Below, piece after piece: positions 24,839 through 36,297 of a stretch of 64,000 nt of DNA. Origin of the DNA: Geosiphon pyriformis uo1 (lineage: Eukaryota; Fungi; Glomeromycota). The notes below the pieces were generated by a model. It had not been told where the DNA came from. It made no database searches and saw only the letters and a program-made list of their open reading frames with translations. A program made the position numbers and the translations under genes. The stretch spans positions 1,119,095 to 1,183,094 of the forward strand of contig JAAOMT010000571.1 in assembly GCA_016748015.1 (NCBI GenBank). Reading direction: 5' to 3'. Within the stretch, counting starts at the first letter, position 1. Each line of letters opens with the position of its first letter.

Positions 24839-27147
24839 TTTTTTTATTACATTTTAACAAAGTGTGCCCAAACACTATCTAATACACTGCGTCATTATGG
24901 GATTACAATTTAGATGTGTCTCATGCTTTTTCTATATATGACCAACCACCCAAGTCAGTCAAAGCACCAACTAAGCTAAATCAAAAGAGGCTGGAAGAAA
25001 ATCCAGCTTACCAAGTCTCTTAATGATACCATTCAAATTTTTAGAATCAAAAATAAACCCATTAAAAAACAATCTAGTTTTTTCACTGCTACTTTTAACT
25101 TTAGGACCACACATCTGCCACAAAGCAACTGCACAGTCAACTGTGTCTTCACTCAATGGAAAAGCCTTGGCAGCACCAAAATTATCATCATCAAGATTAC
25201 CAAACTCCACTTCAGCCTTAAAACTGGCAAAATCCTTAAACACGCCAACCAAAAGATTAGCAAAGCCCTTGGAGGCATTACATATAGTCAGAAAATTTTT
25301 TTCTATTTTAAGAGCCTTAACAGTATTATTATTTATAAGAGCAGTAATCAAAGTAACCAAAAAACCAATTGGCTCAATAACAGACTTAATCAAAGCAGTC
25401 AGATCCAAAATCTGTTTCTTCATAAAATTTAACCTAAGCTCAATGACAAAATCAGCAATGGAAGCAGCAAAGAATGCAACAAATGGAGGAGCCAGCAAAT
25501 CAAAAGCCACCAAAGGAGAGAATCCAGAACCATTCAAAAGAGCAGAAACTTTAGCATAAAAAACATTATTCACAAAATATAGATTGAATACTTTGGGAGT
25601 CTTGGAAGAAGAAGACAAAGACATCTTACAGTTAACAATCAGATGGCCAGTTTCTTGGCACCTAAAACAGTGTTGACAACCAGGAGTTTCCCACCAGATA
25701 TGGCACTTTCTCAGCATACTAGTTTTAACAATAGCAAAATCCAAATCAGCTTGAGAACCAAATATAACCAAAGCAAAGTAAAAACAATAACCAGAATCAG
25801 AAAACTAAGTAATAAAACAAGTCTGACCACCAACTTGAGAAATCATATCACTGATTTCAAAGGCAGTGCAGCCAGGAAGAAAGTTGACCAACTTGGTTTT
25901 AAACCTATTACAAGACACAATTGTATCCTGTTGATTCACCAGAGGGAGGATCCTAACACTATTTTTGCCAATTAAGACTGACCAATGATTTAAAGCAGAC
26001 ACAGCAGAGTCTAGCTTCTCAAAGTAAACCACCACATATTGCCAAATGCCAGCAGACTTCAGCACAACACAAGTGACACTACCAAACACACTGAAAGCTG
26101 TTTTAATGTTAGCAGCAGATACACCCAAGGGCACATCACACAGTGCAACAGCAGCAGAAGGGGAACCAAACTCAGAAATCACCAAAGACTTGACAATCTT
26201 GAGAGTGACCAAATGTACAAAGCTTGTAAGCTCAACCAAAAATGCAGCTTCCAAAAATATTTAAGAAGCAAACTTCACACAAAACAGCTTCACATTGTCT
26301 TTTGAAACTGATTTTGCATCCAAGAAACCATGTATTAACTGAAAAACAGCCTTAACATAAGCCAATTTGATCTTAAAAGTAGCATCAGACACCAGAGTGG
26401 AGGCCATTTACTCAACAAATCTTTGACAACTAGTAATAGTTTTCCAAGCACCACCAGAAGCAACACCAAAAACTAGAGAAGGAGATGATTCAATTTTCAT
26501 TTAATCAGCCCAGTTCTCAAGAACAGGTGATCCAATAGGAGAAAATTGTTTTGCTTCTAAAACCAGCAATAATCTACCGGAAGACACCACATTTGGCAAC
26601 ACAGCCAGTGGTTGATCTAGGCCTATCTTGAATGATGTGCTGGATGATGCTATGGAGATCTCATCTAAGATCTCATTGGAAACCACAAAGAGGTTTGGTG
26701 TAACAATAGCAGAGGCAAGTGACTGCTCCCACTTTTTTGAACTTTTGGTTTTTTTGACCATTTTTTTTGAAGAGGAGATGCTAGCAGCACCAGATGTAGA
26801 AATTATAGAGAGAAAAACCAGCTTGTTAACTGGTCTATTATTAAAAACTTTTGGGTTCTTAGTTGGAGTGGAGACAACACTGAGACTAATCCAAGTGTGT
26901 TTTTTTAAAGGAACTTTGACTGGTGAAAAACCAGTCAAAGATGAGGAAGTTGCTTTAATGACTACCAAAAACAGCTTATCATGATTACTGGGTAAAGGAA
27001 AGACTTCTAAAACATTCTGCCTAGTTGCTTCTACAACAGAGAGAGCTCTTCTGGTTGAAATTTTATTAGATATCTCAGGACAGATATCAGGTGCAGCTTT
27101 TTTACTCTTTGCTCTGATCATAGTCATAAAATTGAGACAAAGAGTTT
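24839..27147 (-). mobile_element. ORF1-only non-autonomous retroposon (HAL1-like), copy H1
   Basis: A single frame 24971-27127 (~719 codons, several stops) is followed by a LINE-type 3' UTR and poly(A). TSD TTATTTATATT at 24828-24838 and 27148-27158. No RT. Confidence 0.88.
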
Positions 27148-27159
27148 TTATTTATATTA

Positions 27160-27768
27160 TGTAAAAATAAAGCTTTTAAATTACAATTTTACATGTATTA
27201 TTAACATAAATATTGGTAAAAATTGCTATTAAATTACACTAAATATTAAAATTTTTTAATTAATGTTTATTTTTTATTATTTTTGGTTTTATAGACTTTG
27301 TTTTTTGTAAATTTAATATTAGTTTATATATTGCTTTATATAATAATTTTGTTTTAAAAAATTAATATATTAAAACAATTTTAATTTTTAAAAATACAAA
27401 AAAAAAACAATTTTAGAATTAGTAAATTTTATAAAATAATTAGTTATTAATTATTAAAAAATTACAAAAAATATATTAGTTAATAATAATAATTTTTTAT
27501 AATTTATTTATTAAATTATTAAAAAATATGATCTGTTTATTAAGTATTATAGAAGTTTTTACAATTAATTTTGATTTTTACAAATATTGTAGTTTTTTTT
27601 GATTTAAACAATAATATTATGATATAAATAATTATATAATATTGTTTTAATTAATTTAAATAACTAATTACATATAAAAATATGTAAGTTATATTTAATT
27701 AAAAATAGTTAATTTGTTTTGTATATTAAATACTAATTAAACTTTACTTATAAAATACATAAAAAAAA
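27160..27768 (+). mobile_element. Ghost of a LINE 3' end
   Basis: 27640-27768 matches the LINE 3' UTR after C>T/G>A conversion (...AAACTTTACTTATAAAA...poly A). Confidence 0.55.
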
Positions 27769-28999
27769 TATATAATTTAAATTAATATATAATATATATA
27801 TATTAGATATTTAATATTTTTAAAAAATTATTATATAAGTAAATATATTTTTATTAATATTAATATTTATATTTATGTTAATATTTTTAACTTTAAATTT
27901 TATTTTAACTTTTTTATTCAATTTATTAATAATTTGTCAAAAATAAAAATCTTATTATTAAAATTAAATATATTTTTTTAATTTTATATATAAACAAAAA
28001 AAGTATTAATTAATTTTATTATTATAAAAACCAAAACATTAATAAACTTAATTAAAACTATTTAAATTTCAAAGTAACCAACTTAAAACTAATTATAAAA
28101 TTAATAACAATAGCAATAATAGAAATAATCAAAATAATAATATTAAAAAAAATCAAAAAAATAGAAAATTTAACATAAAACTTAATATTAATAAAACAAA
28201 ATTAAAGTTAATTACAAATTTAAACAAAAATTTTAAAAGAAAAAATAAAGTTATTAAAAAAAAAGTTATTTTGTAATTTAAAACTAAATAATTTAAATAT
28301 TTAAAACAGTATTAAAATTTATAAGTTTTTTATTAAATATAATATTAAAATATTAGTTTTAATAATTACAATATTTAAATTTTTTAATTTTTAAAAATAA
28401 TAATTACATATTTTAACTATTAAATAAACTCAGAAAAATAAGAAATAAAATAAATATAATTACAAATTTAAAAGATTAAAAGATTAATTTTAAATATTAT
28501 ATAGCCAAAAATAAATAAATTAATTTGATTTTAAACATATTATAAAAAACAAAAAAAATTTGATTAATAAAAAAATTTTAATATTATTTTTAATTATTAA
28601 AATTAATTAGCAAATAAAAATAGTTATAATTATTTTAATAAACTTAAAATAAATAATATATATTATTAAATATTAACAAAATTTAATATAATTTATCAAA
28701 ATACTAAAAACTGTTTTAATATTAACAATAAAAATATTTTTAAGTATATTTTACAAAATAATAATTGCCAAAAAAATGAAAATTTAAAAATTATTGTTAT
28801 CAAAAATTTTTGTTTTTTTATTAAATATTATTAATATTGTTTTATTGTAATATAATACTAATAAAAACTGGTAAATTTTTAATAAACAATTTTTTTTCAA
28901 AGTATTTCTTTATATTTTGAATTATTTAATAGAATATTAATTATTTATGTAATTATTTTACAGTAAAAATTAAATTTTTTACAAAAAGTTTTTAACTGT

Positions 29000-29817
29000 T
29001 ATTATAATTCAAGAATTTAATAGGAATTATAAATAATATAAATTAGCCAATCATAAAATAACACAGCAACAATTTATAAAAAAAAAATAATAATTTACAA
29101 ATAATAGTAAGTACTACTATACAATAGCAGCAAGCACTATTATACAAAAGCAGCAAGTACTATTTCACAATAGCAGTAAGCACTATTTAAAAATAATGGA
29201 AATAAAGTATTACAAAACATTATTTTGTAAAACAATAATTATATATATATATAATAGTTTTAATGATGAAGAATTGAACAGCTTCAACTCAAAACAACAA
29301 ATATTTAAATAAAATTTTATTCAAAAAGAATTAATAAAAATAATAAATTGAATTAACATCATAATTATGAGATTAATAATAGAATTTACATACTCTTTCT
29401 AGTAAATAAAACTATTATTCTATCTTTAAATTCTTTGGAAAAATAATTTTTAATCAAGATTATTTATGTAGTTACTAATTAAATTGAAAAAACTTTATTA
29501 TATACTTAGAAAAATTGCAAAAAGGCCATTAATATTCTGTGTTTTTAAATTAGAGAAACACATTAGACAATTGCAAGAATAGCCTTAGAAAAGACCTAAA
29601 CAGTAAGTAGATTTTAAATTAACCTCTGGGAAGGAGTACACAACATACAAAAACAACTAGAATTAAAGAAAAGACTTATATCACAATATTAAAAGAAAAT
29701 CTTCAGTACATTATTATTAATATCTAATACATAAAATTAAAAAACTCATGAAAGACTGATTGCAATTAAAATAAAATATCAATAATTAAAATATACCAAA
29801 AAAACTCTTTTATAATA
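29000..29817 (+). mobile_element. Probable solo LTR (818 bp)
   Basis: Terminal inverted repeat TATTATAA...TTATAATA; TSD CTGT (28996-28999)/CTAT (29818-29821); CCAAT box near 29046; TATA run near 29240; internal 23-bp tandem repeat. Confidence 0.6.
29104..29195. repeat. Tandem repeat, 4 x 23 bp (GCAGCAAGCACTATTATACAAAA-like)
   Basis: Units start at 29104, 29127, 29150 and 29173. Confidence 0.85.
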
Positions 29818-30379
29818 CTATAAACTTTTTAATAATATGTAGTTATTTTTGTTATAAAAGTTAATTTTTTTATAAAAAATTTTAACTATAAGCTATTTAA
29901 TAATATAAAAAAATAAATTTAAAATAAAATAAAAAATATTTTTTATTTAAATCTAAAATTAATTAAACAATTATTAAAATTAATAATTTTTAAAACAATA
30001 ATAATTATAAAAAAAGTTTGGTTTTTAAAAATAAATTTTATTTTATTAATTTGTAATAGTTAATTAATTATTTAAAAAATAATTTAAACTAAAATAAAAT
30101 ATATTTTTTCAAAAAAAAATTTTTTTTTTATATAATTTGTAATAAGATTATTTTATGATTTAATACTTTTTTCTTTGTTAATTTTTAGCAAATTAAATAT
30201 ATATTTTAGGAAATTATAAATTATTTTTATAAATTATTAATTTTTTTTTTTTTTTTTAATTGTTTAATAAGTAAAGTCCAAATGCGGCCTAGTACTATAC
30301 ATTATAATTATGATCTAAACTAGGTGTGAATCATGCATTTGCTACACATAACCAGCCACTTAGACCAATCAAGACAACA

Positions 30380-33300
30380 CTAGTCACCTATATAAACTGA
30401 GACCATGTTCCCAATACCTGAAAAAAACTGACAAGACTTATGAAATCCGAAACTAACACCAAATGTATCAGCAATATCCAATAACCTGACCACACTAACT
30501 GACAACACCACCAGAAGACCAAAAACCAAAACAAGAACAGAATCATCAGGTAGAATCAAGCCATCTTTTTCTATAACAGCCTGGTGTTTGGCATACACCA
30601 GCCAAATATCATCTCGAAAAGCAAGACAGAATTCGCACACAAAAAACACAATATTTTGAGCTGCAATTTTAGAGTCTTTAAAAATGGAAGCAGATTCACG
30701 ATACCAATTATTGAAGACAAAGCCCTTACACAAAACAATACCAACTGCAACATCAGAAACACAAGCATGCAATAACTGCAATACACAAGAAAAAGAGCAA
30801 GATAAACCTGAGCATAATTCTCATGCTGATGCATGAGCTTCCATCAAATGAGTGCAATCAGCAGCATCAAAAGGGCAAGAGAAAACATGGTCTAAGACCT
30901 TGACATTTCTACAGAACAAACACACCACACTAGGATAACATTTATTATAAAGCTGCTTATGTATTACAACAGGAAGACAGTGATGCAATGTTTTCATAAA
31001 ATATGAATGGAAGCCAGTAGTGTGTGCACTGGTAAAACCAGCAGCCAAGTAAGAATCAAGATGCCATACCAAAGAAAATCTGGACCAATCAACATTAGCA
31101 TGCAGGCTATCTGCTAGGATACAGGAGCCAGAACCAACTTCCCAACATGAATGGTGAATAGATCAGAAAATATCACAAATGAAATGCCAAAAATTACCAG
31201 AGACAATTGTACCATCAGCTTGAAGAAACCATTCACTAACCATGTGAGGTAGACATCTATCAGAGAAAGCAGTAGCCCTAGCTAGAGCATCAGCATGCTC
31301 ATTGCCAGAAACACCAGAGTGACCTTTAACTTTAATCCAATTCACATCCAAATTCTTACAACAAATGACATTAACAATATGGCAATGCTCGATCCAACAC
31401 CAATTCCTAAAATCTGGATAAACCAATACAGATTCTGATTTGCATGCGTCCAGAGCAGCCTGACTGTTTGAAAACAAGTCGACAGAACATGAAGGAAGAA
31501 TACACTCGAAAGCCAGAGTGATGGCCTGCAACTCCATCATAGTAAAAGAGACCAAACCCAAAACCCCAATATTCAAGCCCAAATCAATGTTTTCAAAAAA
31601 AACAGCAGCACCAGCCATCATATCAGAAGTATCCAGATTGCTCAAAGATCCATCCATGTACACAGAAAGACGAACAGCATTAACATGCAACAAATCAATG
31701 CCAATGACACCAAAATTAAGAGACCGAAAGACATTAGAGAAAACATTCAAAAGTAGGGAGCAAACAGAAGGAGATTTTCCACCACCAAGAAAATGAACAG
31801 AAAACTCAAACCAAACAGGAACAGGGCCATGAGAGTTTAATTGTTTCCACTGCTTAAAGGTTGGCCAACCAAAAATATTACCATGCTTGTCACACAGCTA
31901 GTCTACAAAAACAACTCCATACTACCGAAAAGAAGAAACACACTTGAAATAACTAGGCTCTCCAAAAACAAGAGACATAGGAGTACCACTCCAACAACAA
32001 AACGCATTTGTCAGAGAGCTGTCTAAGGACAAATTACATCCAAAAAAAATGCGGACCACACCAGCTAAAAAATTGTTAGAGAGATCAACTCTAATATGAG
32101 CTGAAAATTGTAGAGGGTGGTGAGAACACCAGCTAAGAACCTGAAGATCATGAGACCTATAAGAAAACAACCAACCCAAAATACCCAATGAATTTGCAAA
32201 AAAATAATGGAGGCCAATTTGTTTTCAGCCTGAATTTGTTCAAAAGTCTTTAAACCATACAAGAAGAGATAATAGATTGCATTAGTAGGGAAATCATGTG
32301 GGAAACCAGACTTAGACTTCAAGCCCCTGCGAATTATAGCATCTCATTTATTACAAACACTAAAAAGAATAAAACTTAACTGGGTCCTGTAATTGACAAT
32401 AGAAAAAAGAACTGCTGACACCAAATATGCAAATTGCTTATCCGAAATCGCCTTTTTTAGAATGAGATTGACAAAAAACTGAACATCTGAATGCACCTTT
32501 GTTATGCTAGGTTTTGACAGACCCTCAGAAGACAAAAAAATACCCAAATAACGATGAGGTTCCTTCTTTTTGGCAACAGAAATAGGCAAGCCACTAACAA
32601 TCAGATAAGAGTTAGAAATCTGGCAGTTGATGGGAATGGCCACAGTCTTGTCATTATTTATAGAAATATCATTCAACCTAAAGAACTTACTAGCAATATT
32701 GAAGATGTGTTGTGTAACAGCCTGACTACTACCAATTCAAATCATATCATTGACAAAAGCACCAGCAGCAAAAAATGATGTCAATCCGGTTTGAGATTTC
32801 ACCCAGCCTGACTTGGAGACAAAATGAGAATTCAGTCTGTAACCACACACACTCTCCTGTCTTTTGACTTCACATAGAAGCAAATCATAGAATATGTGCC
32901 AAAGAAGAGGTGAGAAAACTTCCCCTTGGTCTAAACTATTATGAACTCGATATCCATCAGTTAAGCCAAAGTTTGTCATCACTTTGTTAACTCAACCATT
33001 GTAAATATTACCAAAAAACCTAATAAACCTGTCACACATCTTGATCCTAACCAAACTCCTCCTAAGATGTTTCCAACCCACAGAATTATAGGCCTTATAC
33101 ATGTCTTGCAAAACCAGCCACAATTCATGGTTTTTTTCCAATGCATCCTCAATTACCAAACCAATGGCAAAAATAAGTAACTATATAGTTGTACTCTTTA
33201 ATACAGAGAAATTGTCCCCACATAAAACATCATAAGTACTGCAAGCTGAAGAAATCCTGTCTGAAAAAATCTTGGAAAAGATCTTGTGAGCAGTCTCAAT

Positions 33301-35061
33301 TAGTGCAATAGGACAAGTATTCATAAGAACATCTTTTTACTTATATGGCTTAAGAATTATCAAAACTTAAGCCTTCCTCCAAGACCCAAGTACTGATTCA
33401 TGAGTTAGACACAGATTCAAGAGCACAGAAAGCATAGCCAAGACTGAGCTGTCACAGTGTTTCCATAATTCATTAGAAATGCCAGAAAGTCCAACTGCTT
33501 TGCCATCAGACAGATCAGAGATTACCACAAACAATTTGTCAAAACCAATTGGACATATTACACCAGAAAATGCACCATCAAAAACATAATCCAAAGGCTG
33601 ATATTGGCAAATCCAATCATCAGAGATATCCAACACCACTCTGCACTTCCTTGTCCAACTCTTTATAATCTTATCTACTTTAGATTTAACCAAATTGGGC
33701 TCCAAAACCAACTCATTATCTACAATTAAATGATCCAATACCACCTTACAAAAAGGACATTTCAGTACACTTCTAATAGTATAACCCTTATCCAATTCAA
33801 AACTTTCCATTTTATTGGCAATGACCTGTCTGATGCAAGATTTTTCAGCACACTTGAATTCCAGAAACTTGAAAGAATGGTAAAACTTCCACACCCTCAC
33901 CAACCCAGAACAAACAGCATCAAAAGTAAAATCTGAAAGAAAAAGAGACTTCACTTCAGCTGCACCACCAGGGTCCAACCCATCCCATGTACCCAGTAGT
34001 GAAACAAAATCATCACTTGAAACCAAATGAGAAGCTTTTACCAGTCTGAACACCAGCAACTCCAATTTATGAAACTTAGAAGACACCTTGGTAAAAACAC
34101 TGTTATAATCTTTGAACCATTTCTTCTTGAATGTTCTATTAGCCAAAAAACCCATGACTTCATAAATGACATTTTACATTGCATCCAGATCCAAAGACCT
34201 CTCAGCCACCTTGAACATACTCAAAAACACATCAGCATTAACAGCTGTGGCATTTCTAAATTTGCACTACTTTCTCTTATCAGCACCTTTGATGTCATAC
34301 TTCCAACAATCTTTGTTCGCTTGCTTGTGCAGCAATGACAGCTGAACATCCAACAAACCACCCAGGCCCACAGAGACAGAAACAGCCACATGATCAGTAT
34401 CAAAATAGTCCACAACACCAGCAACATTATGACCTACCATCACATTGACCAAATTTGAGAAGACAAACACATAATCAATCATCTTAGCAATCCCATGAGA
34501 ATTGCACCATGTAGGTATCTTGGCAAATGCACTTCCAGCCAAAGAGTTGACCAGACCCAAATCAAAGTATTTCTTGAAACTGATACACTTGTGAAAACCA
34601 TCCTCATTAAAGTCACCACCAAGAATGACAAAAGAAAACTCATTTACAGCCTTTGTGATAAAAAAATTGATGTCACCAGCCTAAGAGAACTAAACCACCA
34701 AGGAAGCACCAGCATATAGCCCCAAAATTGACACAGAAAGCTTATTCTTAAAAAGCAGTCTGACACAGAGGATCCGACCAGGCACTTCAGAAACCTTGTA
34801 TACATGATAAGCTAGAGAAGTGTTCATAATAATAGCCACGCCAAAACCCAGATAACCAGAATTCACCCCAGAAGTGAAAACATAGACACCATCAAATCTG
34901 TTTATAATCCATAGATGGACTTTATCTCTCAATTTAGTCTCAGTAACAATAGAAATCAAATTGTTTATTTCTTTATGCCAACAAACTATATCATCCTGTT
35001 TCGTAGAATTATTCATTCCTCTAATGTTGCATGTAGCAATTTTCCAAATTAAATCAGTCAT
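30380..35061 (-). pseudogene. LINE L2 ORF2 pseudogene (APE-RT-RNase H-CCHC)
   Basis: WKIATCNIRG...TETKL and IDYVF...TDH (APE); QGEVFSPLLW and AFVND (RT); YMDGS...ELQA...VKGHSGVSGNEHADALA (RNase H); CLFC..DHVFSC (zinc finger). Confidence 0.92.
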
Positions 35062-35441
35062 TGAAATAAAGAAGGAGCTGATGAACCCAAACCATAATAC
35101 AAAGAGTCCAATCTTGTCAAACCTGAACCAACTGATACTTCCAGAGCCATCATTTTTAATTCCAAACTACTCATCTTAATGGTAAAAACTTTTGAGCTGC
35201 TCAAGCTTAGTTCAGAGATGGCATTCTCAACCATTAGAGGAAAAGGTGGAGAAGACAAAAGCACTACTACACTATTCACAGCCATATCCAAATTCAAATT
35301 TGAGCCTATAGGAAAAACAACAACAAGGGGAATGACACAAGAAGAAAAAAAAATTGGCACCAATTCTACAAAGCTTAATTTTCTTAGAATCTCTGAAACT
35401 TGATCTGATAAGATCTTCATAAAGCACTCCAAAAAAGCCAT

Positions 35442-36235
35442 TGTTACTCATAGAAATATAAGAAATATATTAGCATAATTATTAGCCAATCAGAAGTAAG
35501 CATAGTAAATATAGAATTCCAGGATTCCTTTCAGGAATTGCAGGATTCCCTGATGAGGAATTGCAGGATTCCTGTTGTGAAGAATTGAGGAATTGAGAAA
35601 TCCCAATTATGTATATATAGCAGTAGTGTTAGAAATAGAAAAGACAGAATCAATACCACAGAATCCTTAGCCAAGAAACAAAATCATCAAATAAATAATT
35701 ATTCTATATCTCAATCCACTCTCCACTATCAACACTTCATGTTGATAGTAATTGATACTTAACCACGCTGGAACAATAGCTCTTGATCACGGCTATTGAC
35801 AAGATACTAATATACCAAATTGCCTTGGCTCATTTTTTCTATTTTCTTTATTTTTCTTTATTTTATTTTTTTTCTTTCTTTGATTTTGTTGTTGTATACT
35901 AATTGATTAAAAGATTAAGCACTGAGTTATTGACATCAAGGATAGCCTGGTAAAAGACCCAGAAATAAGGGTAAGATTTATATATTATTGGATAGCTTAC
36001 CAGAAGAGCACAACTGCCAGACTAAATCCAGCCACCACGCTAAGAAAGAAATTGGAAAAACTCTTTGAAAGATACACCTACTATTGACACTATTGAATCT
36101 CTGTCTATTATACAAAGAACTCCATTAAAACCTTCAGATACAACACTTGCAGAACCTCATCCATGGAAGTAGCTTTTGAGCACCAAGTTACGGGTTTGTT
36201 ATTTAATTCAACAGCAGAAATAATCATCTGTAACA
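35442..36235 (+). repeat. Element B 5' LTR (794 bp)
   Basis: Direct repeat of 44620-45486, with a CCAAT box near 35486 and a TATA-like element near 35612. Confidence 0.95.
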
Positions 36236-36237
36236 TT

Positions 36238-36254
36238 TGGTGCTCCCTGTAAGG
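36238..36254 (+). promoter_or_regulatory. Primer-binding site TGGTGCTCCCTGTAAGG (tRNA-Ile(UAU)-like)
   Basis: Begins 2 nt after the LTR. It resembles the complement of eukaryotic tRNA-Ile(UAU) 3' ends as I recall them (...CCTCACNNGGAGCACCA). The host tRNA was not checked. Confidence 0.78.
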
Positions 36255-36297
36255 TATAATCCTACAGAGAACCAGCACCGACAACACCAAACCAAAA

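Larger units (their letters stand above)
27900..30230 (-). mobile_element. Ghost ORF1-only retroposon (H4), interrupted by a solo LTR
   Basis: 28501-28750 aligns to H1 ~25868-26130 mostly by transitions (for example ACCAACTTGGTTTTAAAC > ATTAATTTGATTTTAAAC). Boundaries are approximate. Confidence 0.55.

Noticed and set aside
25023-26984. Antisense ORFs over TE coding regions (also 47465-48040, 33730-34338, 17118-18127 and others)
   Set aside because: They are shadows of the retroelement frames, with no independent motifs.
29104-29195. 23-bp repeats as a CRISPR array
   Set aside because: The units are head-to-tail without unique spacers, lie inside a probable solo LTR, the context is eukaryotic and there are no cas genes.
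36130-36186. tRNA gene ending GAGCACCA inside the LTR
   Set aside because: No cloverleaf or T-loop upstream; only the 3'-terminal octamer is mimicked.
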